64,000 nt of DNA from Octopus vulgaris (GCA_951406725.2 OX597814.1:196044001-196108000), one strand, 5' to 3'. Counted from the first letter of the stretch, positions 11,657 to 26,272 are shown. Numbers and translations: made by a program. Notes: generated by a model from the letters alone, not told the origin.

Positions 11657-14381
11657 TATGTATGTATATATATCTATGAATATACATACATCTCTAAATC
11701 TGAAATTACATACATATATGTACGTGCCTGTGTGTGTGTGTGTGTGTGTGAAATCAAAATATACGTTTTTTAAAGCACATATATGTAGATATAAACGCAG
11801 ACATAGGTTTTTACCTTCCGGCTAACAGAGAAACCTGATCAAAGAGCATGGAAAAAATTTCTTCCTCGAAAAAAAAAAAATCCACTTACGAAAGATGCGA
11901 CAGTGTAAGAAAAGAATCCGTATCAAAACAAAAAGAAAACAAATCACCAATGATGGCATTATTTCATTACAATGACAGAACATCACGAATGTTGCAGAGG
12001 GAGATAGCTGGAGGATGTTACTGTCGCGAGTGTGTTTGTTGGCTGGTCGTAGGCGATGAGTGGTTGAGTTGAATGAAAATGTGTTTCTTGGGCAGCGGTG
12101 CAAACGTATTTGAACGATATTTGCGAACATTTAACAACAATTTTATTTATTGAGCATAGAATCAACTGCATTGGTCTTATACAAAATAACAACAGCAATG
12201 ACTACACACAGAGAGATATTTACTGCTTGGAGTTTACAGGAAGCTTACTGATACAGAAACATGTGGCTGGCCCAGAAAAAAACTGGAAACAATTGTGCAG
12301 TATTAATGGTGACGGTGTCTTCTGTTGTCTGTCTGTCGTCTGCTTTAACCGTCTTCTTGGGTCGTCTGTCTGTGGTAAGTATGGAGACCCATCACGCGGC
12401 TGTCTCGCAATTTTGTTAGGCGAGAGCCGAGACGTGTGAATGAGTCGGTCTCAAAGCTCTGTTAAGAATATGGCACCCAAAGCGGCTCTTTATAGGCTAC
12501 TCTTTTGTTCTTTTACATATTTCATTCATTAGACTGAGGCCATGCTGGAGCACTGCCCTGAGGTATTTTAACTGGATGAATCGACCACAGTACCTTGATA
12601 CACACACAAACACATACACACACACAGACACATATATACTCTTTACTCTTTTACTTGTTTCAGCCATTTGACTGTGGTCATACTGGAGCACCACATTTAA
12701 TCGAGCAAATCGACCCCAGGACTTATTCTTTGTAAGCCTAGTACTTATTCTATCGGTCTCTTTTGCCGAACCGCTAAGTTACGGGGACATAAACACACCA
12801 GCATCGGTTGTCAAGCGATGTTGGGGAGGGAGACAAACGCAGACACACAAATATATACATATATACGACGTGCTTCTTTCAGTTTCCGTCTACCAAATCC
12901 ACTCACAAGGCTTTGGTCGGCCCGTGCTATAGTAGAAGACCCTTTCCCAAGGTGACACGCAGTGGGACTGAACCCGGAACCATGTGGTTGGTAAGCAAGC
13001 TACTTACCACACAGCCACTCCTGGGCCTATATATATATATATAGATATTATATATATATATAGATATTATATATATATATAGATATTATATATATATCTA
13101 TCTATCTATATATATATATATATAGGCTCATATATATGTAGACATGTTAAACCTGATACTTATAATCTCGATCTCTTTTGAACCAAAAAGTAAACGGGGA
13201 CATTAACACCCCAACACCGCCAACACTCTCAAGTGGTGGTAGGGACAAACACAAACACGCGCGCACACATATACGAAGGACTTGTTTTCAGTTTCCGTGT
13301 AGAAGACACCAGACCAAGGTGCCACGCATGTGTACTGAATCCAGAACCATGTGGTTGAAGGTAATCTTCAGTCATGTGCCGGCTTCATGATGATTGCCTG
13401 CTTAATAGACCAATCACGTGACACTGTTGTGGCTCGGTCGTGGAGTATGACCAGCTATTAAACTGTTTGGTTTCCAATCACCGCTACATTACTACTCTGA
13501 TATTCTTATATTCTATGCTATTTTACAGAGTTGACAAGCAAGGAATGGTGACCATTACCTTGTTCAGGGTCCGCGAGATTTGCGGAATGAATAAAGGGAT
13601 GTATTCTTCTTCAACGCAAGCACGGCTGTGTAGTTAAGAAACACATTTTGTGAAAATATAGTTTTGGCTTCAGTCCCACCGCGCGGTACCTTCAGCAATT
13701 GTCTGCAGCTATAGTCCTGGGTCAAACGTATTTGGCAAACGGAAACTCTCCTCGGCTGGTAGTTACCACGAGGCTGAATTCTTTCTCTCCACAATATATC
13801 AGATTTCTCGAATATTCTTGTCGTTCATGTTTTCCTTGCATGCGTCAATTTAACGTGCAACAGTTTAACAAAATTGTGGTTGTATTCTGTCAACATAACG
13901 TGACAGTCCCGTAAAGGGAATTACACCACCGCTATTTAGCCCTAGGAAGCATCGACGCTTCCTGTCGGCTTTGACACATTTCCTGTGGGCTTATATTTGC
14001 GAAGGAGAGTCAAAACACTCACGGCATCAAGCTCACTGCAAAGGTAATGATTATAGCCCTTTCCTCTGATTCACCAAGAAAAATAAAACTAAACTCCTCA
14101 AAGAACAACTGAACATTGCTAAAAGCAAATAAATACCAGGTGGTGATGTTTAGAGATGCCTTGGATTAAATCTATTATCTAAAGAACTTACAACGTTAAG
14201 TTAAAACATTGTGAATTGTCAATTCCCACGTTTTAAACGTTTTAGCAATTCATTGCCGTAGACCGGGACTTCAATTATCGATTCCAAATGGATAAAAGAC
14301 AAAGTTAACCTCGGCAGGTTTTGAGTGCAGTAACCGGAAGTAATACTGCAATGCATACTACCCACATTATAACGTCTTGAA

Positions 14382-14578
14382 AGGCGGCGAGCTGGCAGAA
14401 ACGTTTGTCGTTACGTTCTGAGTTCAAATTTCGCCAAGGTCGACTTTGCCTTTCATCCTTTCGGGGTTGATTAAATAAGAACCAGTTACGTACTGCGGTC
14501 GATATAATCGACTTAATTTCTTTGTCTGCCCTTGTTTGTCCTCTCTGTGTTTAGCCCCTTGTGGGCAGTAAAGAAAAT
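14382..14578 (+). mobile_element. tRNA-derived SINE family D (single unit, internally deleted)
   Basis: AGGCGGCGAGCTGGCAGAA head, GAGTTCAAATT B-box-like motif and core GTCGACTTTGCCTTTCATCCTTTCGGGG. Confidence 0.8.
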
Positions 14579-16759
14579 ATATTATAACGTCTTGATAATT
14601 CACCACTATCATTACCGCTGTAAACTTCGTTATTATACTATCTTTGAATTAAAATAACGAAGTGATAGTGTGCGTCCAGTACAATAACAAGAACTAGGTC
14701 TAAACAAAAGTTAAATTACCTAAAATTACATTCTCTCGTCTTGCACCAAGTAAGATACTTCGAAAGTTTAGTCGTAGATACAGGCAAATTGGCCTCGTGT
14801 CCAAAGGCCAATAGGGCTAGTTACCCGGTTTTCATGACGCGTAACTGGCCGAAATTAAAACAATCCACCTTAATGGAACGCCAATGTGTCGCAGGTACAC
14901 TCGTTTACTGCTCTGTGGATGATAGCAACGTGAAATGAAGTATTTTGCTTAAAAAAACAACGCACCTCATAGAATATAAGAATATCAGAGTAGCAATGTA
15001 GCGGTTTCGATAATCGAAACCATTATCTTGTGAGTAACAAACATCCTAACAATTAAACCAAGCACCTTCACATTCGTAAATTTACTAAAATAAAAATCTG
15101 AAATCAGGCGTCATGTGAGCCTAAGCACCAGCAGTAACATCAATGAGCATGAAGCAATTAGAGACACGCTGTTTGGTCACTTTGATCTTATCGTCTTAAA
15201 GAACAGACATCCGATGGATGATGTGAATTCTGATACGTTGTATTCGGTAAGCCCCAAAACAAATACGACGTACTGGTCATGGCTGAATTAATGTTCAATC
15301 CTTGGCCTTCTCCATCTGGTTTTGCCTGAGGCTAAACCACAATATTCAGAAAGTCCAGAGCAAAGAAACGAAGCGAGTAAGCTTCCGTGTAGTTGTTTGA
15401 TAAAATTCCTGCAAGTTCATCTTGCAATCCCTACATTGTTTTTGAAACGAATACCCTACTCTCTTTACTCTTTTACTCTTTTACATGTTTCAGTCATTTG
15501 ACTGCGGCCATGCTGGTGCACCGCCTTTAGTCGAGCAAATCAACCCCAGGACTTATTCTTTGTAAGCCTTATTCTATAGTAGAAGACACTTGCCCAAAGT
15601 GTCACGGAACCATGTGGCTGGTAAGCAAGCTACTTACCACACAGCCACTCCTGTGCCTATTTGTAAATTCTAAAACTTTAGTTAACATCCTTACAAAACA
15701 CGAAGTCTATGGACATTGTTTAAGTCTCTCTGGCTTAAATTCATTGTTTCGAATTTATATGTATATAAAAATTGATTAGGGCAAATATTGAGGTCAGTGA
15801 GCTGGCAGACTCATTAAAAACGTCGGATAAAGTCCTCAGTGAGATATCTTCCGATTTAGTATTTCATTTTTCTGAGTCCAAACTCCGCCGTGGTTCACTT
15901 TGCTTGCGTGATCGATAAAATAAGCGCAAGCCAAATACTTCGCCCCGTTCCTTAAAATCATTTACCTTGTGTCGAAATCAGCAAGGTTATTGTAAGCACA
16001 AAATTACAGCTGGTATGTTACCTTACGTAATAGTCCTATCGGAAACGTTACACTTTTCCCCTTTCATGCGGAAAACCAATTTATTCCACTTTGAATACTT
16101 TGCTATTAGTATTCCTGATATTGGTCAATACCAGTTTAATGAGATCTAGCTGTTTACTTTAGTAGAATTGTTATCTCGCTGAAGTAAGATAATAATTACA
16201 TTTCCAGTCTTTCTTTAAACATTTCATTGCATTTACACCATTGATATGTGATTTAGAACAGCGGTCGACATGTTTATCGTCAAGTTTTTTTTTAACTGAT
16301 GGAGCAGATCAATGATGAAAGTAATTCAAACAAAACTATTGACCATATGTTTTTGTACAAAGAGTATGTACCCAGTACCTTATCTAATATGTTTCTTCGC
16401 TTTCGAGATAATATTTTGAAGGAGATTAGGCTGCTATTTCTAGCAGATTGATTGATCGCACAGGGGCTCCCACGTCGCCATGATTAGATCAAGATTCAAA
16501 CGAAAGGTGGCCGTCACGTAAATTTGTTTCCCGTTCAAGTGAAAGGTGGCCGTTGTATAACGTATCTTCCACTGTCACTTAACCAGCTCGTCTCATAAGC
16601 AACTTTGCTGTTTAAATAAAAAGTGGCCGAGTTATTTCTCATTTCTTTGGACATAAATGTTTAAATTATGCAAATTACCTCAACCATAAATGTTTTCTAC
16701 TCTCTTCTTTTGGATAAGGCTAAGTTCATGGGCGACTAGCAATAAGGTCGGACGATTAC

Positions 16760-17139
16760 TGTTGCTGCTGTTGCTGTTGAGTGAACAGTCTTCGTCCCAG
16801 AGCTCGCAAGATGGGAGAAGTCCGAAACGTGGTCCTTTGCTATTCGTAAGACCCGCAGAAGAGAAAGCAGGTCAACCCCCGACACCGAGAACATCGGCGG
16901 ATGGATGAATGTGCATCCAGAGTCAGCGGTTGCGCAGGAAGTCAGGGACAAGAAACTGGAAGAAAGAGTGAGAGAATGTTGGGGCGAAAGAGTACAACAG
17001 GGCTCGCAACCACCCCCTGCCGGGGCCTCGTGGAGCTTTAGGTATTTTCGCTCAATAAACACACACAATGCCCGGTCTGGGAATCGAAACCGCGATCCTC
17101 CGACCGCGAGTCCGCTGCCCTAACCACTGGGCCATTGCA
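16760..17139 (-). mobile_element. tRNA-derived SINE family C, longer copy
   Basis: A and B boxes at the 17060-17139 end, near-identical to 9720-9858; (CAG/CAA)n-like tail near 16760. Confidence 0.8.
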
Positions 17140-17410
17140 CATCCACGGACGATTGCTGTTCTGATGATTGCTATTGAGCCAGAAACACGCCTTCATGACT
17201 GTCTTCTGCAGATAACAAGCCTGTCCTTTATGGCATGCCAGTTTTTTAGTGTATACTTGGTACTTGAGATTATCTCCCTTTCTTACGTGGAGCTGGTCAT
17301 TAATGATATTAGGTAATTATGATACATCAGAGTCGGAGATAATTTTAATAAATCAAGAATTTATGTTATATAATTTTTTATATAACTCTCTTTGTCTGTG
17401 TCAGTAATTA

Positions 17411-17824
17411 CGGATCTTTTCGGTTTGAACGGCAATTTTTTCTAGCGGTGTCATATGAAATTGTCACCCATAATTATGACCCTAGAAACGATCTATTGCA
17501 TTTCAATCTGTTTTAGGGTTAGGGGTGTATGGAAGGGTATCTTTTTTTCTTCAGAAATGTAAATAAACCCAATCTGTTTCTTAAACGAGAGACATATTCA
17601 TACAGCACAGAATGCTTTTTAACTCAATAGACGTCAGTGATTGGTCGAAATTGTAGAAATTGAAGAAAAAAACCCAACAAATATCTTACAAACTATAGAA
17701 TTTTCTCAATAAAGCCAAGAGAAAAAGATGTTTTATAAACACATTCTACCAGTATACGAAGTTTAAAATGTTTTAATTACCTAGAAATTATGTTAAAAAC
17801 TGCCGTTCAAACCGAAAAGATCTG
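17411..17824. mobile_element. MITE with ~29-bp TIRs and internal TTAGGG-like repeats
   Basis: TIR GGATCTTTTCGGTTTGAACGGCA..TTTT and its reverse complement; second copy in opposite orientation at 41584-42046. Confidence 0.85.
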
Positions 17825-18616
17825 CAATTACATTAGCTGGCACCATGATTTAACCGAGAAGTGACCTTCACACGAACGACTTTCAAATATAAGCGAAAGG
17901 TTAACACTTTAATAAAGGAAAAAAAATTTAGAGAACTATTATTTATACGGCAATATATTAGTTTCCAATTCTCTATTCATTTCCTAAACAAAACCGGCAA
18001 ATTGCTGATAAAGCCACATTGATTTCGCAGACTGCTTCATTGCTGCAGGTAACTTTACATTACTCACATTTATAAAGTTATCCTCTAAGTTGCAATTCTT
18101 CTAATTCTACTTCTCTCTCTCTTCCCCTCCACTACATTCAATATCAAAGATAACATTCGTTATTAAGTTTACTTATTTAATCTTCATTGTAAGCTGATGT
18201 AGTAGTGACTGGTGAGTGTTACACTGATACTGTTTTTCGGATTTTTTTTCTCTCTCTTTCAATATCTACAGAACCAAGATATATATGCATTAATCTGTTT
18301 ATAGACGTAAATGATTTATTTATTTATTTGTTTAAACACACACTTATCAGTCACTTCTATTGTTTATTGTAGAATCAAAACGCTCGTTTGTGTTTGATTG
18401 TATTTTCTGTTCAGTTAGATAAAATGTTGAATTTTTTTTTTGTTTACATTAACAGGCGCAGACATGGTTGTGTGGTTATGAAGCTCGTGTTGTGGTTTTT
18501 GGTTTCAGTTCCATTATCCAGCACCTTGGGTAAACATTTAGATTATATAAACCTGGTCCGATCAATGCATTGTGAGTGAATTTGGTAGACAGAAACTGTG
18601 CTGAAATCCATCGCGC

Positions 18617-18668
<52 letters not shown>

Positions 18669-18988
18669 TATAAGTGGAAGGGCAGGCAACAGATTGCTTT
18701 GTCGCATACCGAAAGATTTAGAAATAGCAGTCAACGACAGTTTTCTACAAGTGGGGCTCCATATACGACATAACCCTGCAATTCATATATGCAAAAAATG
18801 AGGAATAAATAAACGAAAGCATTGCCTTACCGTTAATAGCGAACATGTTTCTAGATCGGAGGTGAGAAAAATTACCTCATGTCTTTCTTCAGCACTATCT
18901 TCGTTAGATTTATCAAATGACACCCACCTCCACTTTTGACCATGCGACATCAAATGATGGGAGAAAGTGAGCATATATATATATATGT

Positions 18989-19049
<61 letters not shown>

Positions 19050-19769
19050 AATATGAGTGAGAATCAACTATGTGGACGCTCTTACGCTAGAGATAGATCA
19101 GCAAGGGTCCCAACCACTAAGAATTGTTCTCAAGAAAAATTTAGCACACTATGAACGTAAGCGAGCAGGACAAATGAAAAATAACAAAAATATAGATTAA
19201 CCCCATACAATTGTTTCTCTGTTAATAAATTATGCAATTTTACTTACATAATTAATCCTCAGATCATTGGTGAAGCACGTCATACACTTAACGATCACTC
19301 TGAAAGAACGGTCTACCAATAATAACATTTCTCCCGAGTCTTTGATTATTTTTACTTCCTTTTGAAAAAGCGAAATTTCCGGATCATTAAATAACGTAGG
19401 TAAGGTAATACATTATCTTTTCTGGTTTGTTTTTCATTCATTTGCGTCACATTAGAAATCTTGCTTAACTTCTCACCTTCATCATTCAATGTTTTTGCAA
19501 ATAAATATCATGTATATAAATATTCAAATTACAAATACCGATTTATACATACTATTTCTTTATTACCCACAAGGGGCGAACTCCGATTTATACATACATC
19601 CATACAAACACCCACACACCTACACACACACACTCACACAAGTAAAACACACACACACATAGGTGCATGCATGGCTATGTGGCAAGAAACTTGCTTCCCA
19701 ACCACATGGTTTCGAGTTCAGTCTCTCTGCGACCAAAGCTTTGTGAGAGGGAAACCGAGAAAGACCGTC

Positions 19770-19827
<58 letters not shown>

Positions 19828-20085
19828 ATTTTTCCCTTGTTAACAATTAAGACGGAAAAAATATATAAATATTTACCAGGGTAGCAAAGAATCACACAAG
19901 TAAAAAGGTTATAACTCCTTGTTTTTAAATGTAGAAACTTCGGGTTTACCTGAAATATTTTCTATAATATTTCTATACGCTACCTTTGACGTTTTTTGAA
20001 ACAAACTTAATAGCGTTTATTTAATCATTATACATATCCATTATTTTCTGTTAAAATGTCTTATTGACGAGTTTCATTTCTTCAT

Positions 20086-20170
20086 TTCCCTGATGAGAAG
20101 ATTACATTGTTTTACACCATTTTATTCCTTTGGAATAATTCGAGTGTAATCTTCGAAACATGCGTCGGCA
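20086..20170 (+). ncRNA. Type I hammerhead ribozyme with long stem II
   Basis: CTGATGA at 20090-20096; 10-bp stem II GAAGATTACA/TGTAATCTTC; GAAA at 20155-20158; CATGCG TC; weak stem I TTCC/GGCA; followed by (TA)n. Confidence 0.75.
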
Positions 20171-20221
20171 GTAAAAGAATTTGAATAACACCTGCGTTTA
20201 ACTCCATATATATATATATAT

Positions 20222-20926
20222 ATTTGCGATATGCATCTCAAACGCAATGAAATCGAAATAATTTTTAAATGGATCATCACTAGTAATGAAAATTGGATCG
20301 TCTGCAATAACAGCAATGGAAAACGATCGTGGTCCAAGTGTAATAAACCACCACAAACCATATCGTATGCTGAATTGCATAAAAATCGTCATGCTATCAA
20401 TTTGGTAAGATTAGAAAGGTGCTGTTTATTTTGACCTACTTCCAAGAAACCAAACGATCAATTGAGATGTTTACTGTCAACAACTAAGGAAACTGGAGGA
20501 AGGAATAAAAGAAGAACGGCCAGAATTGGCAACTCGTAAAGGAATTGTGTCCAGCATGACAACGTTAGACCACTCAAATTTTGCTAACTTAGTTATTGAG
20601 ACTTGGTTGGGAAGTGACGCCACATCTACAATATAGCTCTGATCTTGCACCATCAGATTACCATTTATTTAGGATTTTGCGAAATTCTTTGAATGATAAA
20701 ACTTTCAATAATGATGACGACCAGAAATCGCACTTGCTTCAGTTTTTGGTTGATTAGCACAAGAATTTCTATAAGCACGGAATCATGAAGTTACTAGAAA
20801 GATAGCAAACGTTCATCGAACAAAATGGAAACTATATAATTGATTAAAGTCCATTCTGGGTTTAGAAAAAACAATGACTTTTATTTCACACTAAAAAACC
20901 GAAATTACTTTCATGCCGACCTAATA
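20222..20926 (+). mobile_element. Decayed mariner transposon, 3' part with TIR
   Basis: Translates to CDMHLKRNE..IITSNENWIV..KRSWSK, RPELATRKGI, HDNVRP, GWEVTPHLQYSSDLAPSDYHLFR, EQNGNYIID*; ends AATTACTTTCATGCCGACCTAA-TA. Confidence 0.92.
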
Positions 20927-21175
20927 TTTACAAACTGTTGTGAGAAAATGTGAAAAAAAATTGTTATTATGAGTTGGACTCATAAGTAGATAAAGCTATA
21001 AGCAATAGCGTGTAAATATTTGATGAACAAAAACACCTTCGGAAAAAAAAACTTGAAGACACACACACACATACCCATACATACACATACATACATACAT
21101 ACATATATACATACAATCATACATACATACATGCATACATACTTACATACATACATACATACATATATACATACA

Positions 21176-21223
<48 letters not shown>

Positions 21224-21382
21224 CATATATACCAAATATATACGTTTTATTTATTATTTTGCACATTACTTAATCATAGGTATATTATTGTTATTTTATA
21301 TTTAATATTTCTATTATATGTAATTTTCTAGATGGTGTAATTTAATTGTTCATTTTGAATCGATAAAATGTGTTTTTTTCTA

Positions 21383-21437
<55 letters not shown>

Positions 21438-21531
21438 ATATTTTGTGAAATTTGATTTAGTATGTCAAAATTGAATTTTTCCCTGTAAATTAAGAATAAT
21501 ATTCCCTCAAATGATTATTATTATTATTATT

Positions 21532-22691
21532 CTATGTTTGTCTTTTGCTTTATGTCTGTACAAGTTGGCTCCAAGTCTCACCCAGAGACCGCAAGAGACA
21601 ACAGGTTGGAAGTTCTGTACCATATATTTGGTTTTTTTTTTTTTTTTTGGTGTTGTACTAGTGAATGTCTAATACATAAAAAAAAAAAATAAATAAAAAA
21701 AAAAGTTTGTTTTAAACCTTGGGATTACATAGAGAGTATTTTGCGTAGGATATGAGCAGTTCCCATGAGCACTATCTTTTGAATTTCTGCCATTTTGGAG
21801 TTTCCTGGTATCTGAGTTAGGTAGCAATCAGTCCCTTTCGCTATCATTCCCAGGGCACCTATGACAACAGGTATTGTTTTAGTCTTCAGGTTCCACATTT
21901 TGCTGATTTCTATTTCAAGATCTTTATATTTGCTCAGTTTTTGGTAGGTCTTGACAGATACGTTTATATCGATTGGGACAGTCATATCAATGAGGAGGCA
22001 TGTTCTTTGTCTGAAGTCTTGCAATATAATGTCTGGCCTATTTGCATCTATCTTCCTGTCAGTTTGAATGGTGAAGTTCCAGAGGAGTGAGATGTGGTAA
22101 TTTTCAAGTACGGGAGGTGGATTGTGTTCCCACCAGTTTTTTTTCATTGGGCAAATCCAGGTTTTTGCAAATTACCCAGTGAATATATTGTGCAGCTCTA
22201 TCATGCCTACTGAGGTACTCTGTAGGCGCTAGAAGACTGCATTTCGAGACAACATGGTCAATGGTTTCATTTTGTTGTCGGCATACACGACATGTTGGGC
22301 TACTGCCGTTCTTTAATATGTTGACCTGGTAGTTTCTTGTTGGTAGGCATTGATCTTGAGCTCCTATGATAAACCCCTCTGTTTCAGATTTTAAGCCAGA
22401 GGCCATTAGCCATTGATGGGTCAGGGCTTTGTCGATATCTGCATTATTCGCTCTCTTTGGGTATTTGCCATAGAGAGGTTTTTCTTGCCATTTATTATTC
22501 AGAATATCTAAGGCCGCAGTTTTGGCACGGGTTTTCATGCGCCTAGCTTTTTCTGTGCTTGTTTCTTGTATATCTATCTCTAATTCCGAAATTGGTTGTA
22601 TTCGGAATTCACTTAGATATTCCTTTGCCTGTTTTGTGACTGAGTATGATGCTTTCTTGTTTTCATGTTTTGAGACAAGTTTTAACATCCA
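21532..22691 (-). mobile_element. 5'-truncated R4/Dong-type non-LTR retrotransposon (CCHC knuckle plus restriction-like endonuclease), one frameshift
   Basis: ORFs 22104-22688 and 21725-22147: ETEGFIIGAQDQ, CRVC..H..C, RHD, NRPDII..LIDMTVP, KLSKYKDL, IPVVIGALG, MGTAHILRKIL; (TAA)n at both ends. Confidence 0.93.
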
Positions 22692-22778
<87 letters not shown>

Positions 22779-23438
22779 GGTGTTGTTTAGTACAGATTCA
22801 GTCTATTAAATTATACTCACAATGTATTAATCAACTGGAGGCTATCGCAATAAACACTCGCAATCGGGTTGGGGATGCGAACTTCTTAAACACTCAACCA
22901 TGCCTGCAACTCTATATGTATATACAAACTAATCAAGCTAATATTGATGAAAAAGAAGAGCTGAGTTGTTTATGTACGATGCCTTCTGATTGTTGAAAAT
23001 AATTTGGAAAAAGATAAAGATGGAAAACTAAAAATACATTTTCAGACACGACAGAAAATATATATAAAAAACAATCGGCAGAATTTGGAAAAGTAAATAG
23101 TTTTTTTTATAATGAAACCACACGATCGCTAGGTGTAAACATAGCAGTACGAGATTATTCATGTCAGGTATACATCAGATATCAGGTAAACATCAAATCA
23201 CCTGATCACACAAGCCAGGTAAGTTAGTTAATTCAATGTAAGGTGAGAGTATCATAGTGTCTGAATATTTACCTTTACAAGTAAGAACGTGTTGGGATTT
23301 AAATACATTACAGAAATGGAAATGGGCAAATATATATATAAAGGGAAATTTTACGAAAAAAACAACAACAAAAGACGAAGACAGGTGGTGTACAAAACAA
23401 ACAGATGTATTAGTATAGCGCTCAGGAATAGAAAAAGT

Positions 23439-23474
23439 CTTTTACGTTTCGAGCCTACGCTCTTCTACAGAAAG
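23439..23474 (-). ncRNA. Minimal hammerhead, variant core CUGUAGA (family B element ~23341-23527)
   Basis: Minus strand: CTTT CTGTAGA A GAGC gtag GCTC GAAA CG TA AAAG. Confidence 0.6.
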
Positions 23475-23583
23475 GGACACAGAAAAAATAAGGAGAGTAA
23501 AAAATGTGTGTAGTGGCTAACGAGATACATAGATACATAGATACATATTTACTCAAATGTTTACCTCTATTTAACCATCTCAC

Positions 23584-23637
23584 ATAGTCTCTTATGAAGG
23601 GATATCCATAATATCCCAGAAACAGCTGTAAGACTAT
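23584..23637 (+). ncRNA. Type I hammerhead with mutated core (CUUAUGA), family E
   Basis: ATAGTCT CTTATGA A GGGATAT ccata ATATCCC A GAAA CAGCTG TA AGACTAT; 7-bp stems I and II; palindromic stem III. Confidence 0.7.
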
Positions 23638-23706
23638 ATCTATATCTCTTTCCTTATAAATGTCCTAAAAACTCCTCACAGCCTTGGCTTTGTTATTTCA
23701 TTTTGC

Positions 23707-23796
<90 letters not shown>

Positions 23797-23968
23797 GTGT
23801 GTGTGTGTGTACTGTCTGGTAAGGGGCTTGTTTCATAATTATATGGTTCCGGGTTCAGCTTCTTTCATTGGCACATTTGGCAAGTTTCTTCTAGTATTGC
23901 CTCGGAACCAAATCCTTGTGAGTGGATATGATAGACGGAAAATGAAATTACCCTATCGTGTATATGTG

Positions 23969-24017
<49 letters not shown>

Positions 24018-24468
24018 ATGCATGTGTGTGTGTGTGTGCATTTCTGTCTCTGTTTATTCCCTCTCCGTCGCTTCGCAACCAGTGTTAGTGTGTTTATGTC
24101 CGATATGAAGCAGTTTGGCAAAAAAAAAAGATAAAAAAAAAACGATAAAATTTGTACGATAAAAAAACGATAAAACGATAAAGTACAAGGTTTAAAAGAT
24201 AACTATTGGCGTCCATTTGTTCAGCTGGCTAAAATTCTTCTTAGCGGCGCCTCATCATGACCACAGTCTAAAGAGTGAAACGAATAAAAGACAGAAAATA
24301 AAGAATGAGTGGCTGTGTGGTAAGTAGCTTGCTAACCAACCACATGGTTCCGGGTTCAGTCCCACTGCGTGGCATCTTGGGCAAATGTCTTCTGCTATAG
24401 CCCCGGGTCGACCAATGCCTTGTGAGTGGATTTGGTAGACGGAAACTGAAAGAAGCCTGTCGTATATA

Positions 24469-24513
<45 letters not shown>

Positions 24514-24910
24514 CGCTTGACAACCGATGCTGGTGTGTCTACGTTCCCGTCACTTAGCGGTTCGGCAAAAGAGACCGATAGAATAAGTACTGGGCTTACA
24601 AAGAATAAGTCCCGGGGTCGATTTGCTCGACTAAAGGCGGTGTTCCAGCATGGCTGCAGTCAAATGACTGAAACAAGTAAAAGAGTAGAAGAGAGTAAAG
24701 AGTATTCCATTGTTTCAGAGTTCTGTTTTGTTATAACCAGAAAGAAGTAACGAAAGTAGCATCGCCCTTTTAGCTCGTTCAGCTTCTCTCAACTGATCAA
24801 TGCACCAATTGAGTAAACCTATAAATAACGAACCTATAATGACTACTGGAAACATCTGTAAGTCAAATTTTCTCCAATAAAGGAGAAATATATAATGACT
24901 ATTATTTATA

Positions 24911-25680
24911 AGAGGCGGCGAGTTGGCAGAATGGTTAGTACACCGGGCGAAATGCTTAGCGGTATTTCGCCAGTCGCTACGTTCTGAGTTCAAATTCCGC
25001 CGAGGGCGACTTTGCCTTTCATCCTTTCGTGGTCAATAAATTAAGTACCAGTTACGCACTGGAGTCGATGTAATTGGCTTAATCCATTTGTCTGTCCTTG
25101 TTTGTCTCCTCTGTGTTTAGCCCCTTGTGGGTAGTAAAGAAATAGGTATTTCGTCTGCCGTTACGTTCTGAGTTCAAATTCCGCCGAGGGCGACTTTGCC
25201 TTTCATCATTTCGTGGTCGATTAAATAAGTACCAGTTACGCACTGGGGTCGATGTAACTGACTTAATCCGTTTGTCTGTCCTTGTTTGTCTCCTCTGTGT
25301 TTAGCCCCTTGTGGGTAGTAAAGAAATAGGTATTTCGTCTGCCGTTACGTTCTGAGTTCAAATTCCGCCGAGGTCGACTTTGCTTTTCATCCTTTCGGGG
25401 TCGATTAAATAAATACCAGTTACGCACTGGGGTCAATATAATCGACTTAATCCGTTTGTCTGTCCTTGTTTGTCCCCTCTATGTTTAGTCCCTTGTGGGT
25501 AGTAATGAAATAGGTATTTCGCCAGTCGCTACGTTCTGAGTTGAAATTCTGCCAAGGTCGACTTTGCCTTTCATACGTTCGGAGTCGATAAATTAAGTAC
25601 CAGTGAAACACTGAGGTAGATGTAATCGACTAGCCTCTTCCCCCAAAATCTCAGGCCTTGTGCCTCCAGTAGAAAGGATT
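24911..25680 (+). mobile_element. SINE family D with internal 184-bp tandem concatemer
   Basis: One head, then GGTATTTCG.. units starting at 24961, 25145, 25329 and 25513. Confidence 0.9.
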
Positions 25681-25897
25681 GTTTATACCTTGTCTTGTAT
25701 ATAACTCTGTGTAAAAACCAGTATGACAGGAACACAACCAAAGATTTGCAATATACGCGGATGATGAACAATAACCTCGGACTCTGCCACAAGAATACGC
25801 GGAGTTCTTTATTTATCTAAACAATATTCTTTACCTGGTGTACTCATAGACGGCTTCTAAAATAATTTTGCTAATATTTCGGTATATATATATATAT

Positions 25898-26272
25898 AGA
25901 CGAAAGGTATTTTTCTATCAGGATAATGCTCGGCCACATACAGCGAGGATGACATTCAAAAGACTGGAGCAGTTTTAATGGGAAACGAAGCCCCATCTAC
26001 CATATTCGCGGGCATTGTCCCATTTGATTATCGTATATTCTACATTTTTCAAAATTATTTGGATGGAAAGAAATATGAATTCCGTGGAGGTATATTCTTC
26101 GTCACGGACAAGTGAATTTTTGAAGAGGGTCCTTGCAAGTCTAGCAGATAGATGGAAGAGGATAGTAGAAAATGAAGGAGAGTATATTTTAGGTTACAAA
26201 AGAACATTGTTTATATAAATTTCGAAAAATATAAAAGTATATAAAAAAGCATTATTTATACGGTGACCCAAG
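25898..26272 (+). mobile_element. Decayed mariner 3' fragment
   Basis: RKVFFYQDNARPHTARMT..PHLPYS..; DRWKRIVENEGEYIL; TIR-like end CATTATTTATACGGTGACCCAA. Confidence 0.88.

Noticed and set aside
17060-17139. tRNA gene-like sequence (also 9790-9858)
   Set aside because: A and B boxes continue into a shared SINE body, so this is a SINE head rather than a tRNA gene.
24961-25600. Regular repeats resembling a CRISPR array
   Set aside because: Whole 184-bp units repeat with no unique spacers; SINE-derived, eukaryotic context, no cas genes.
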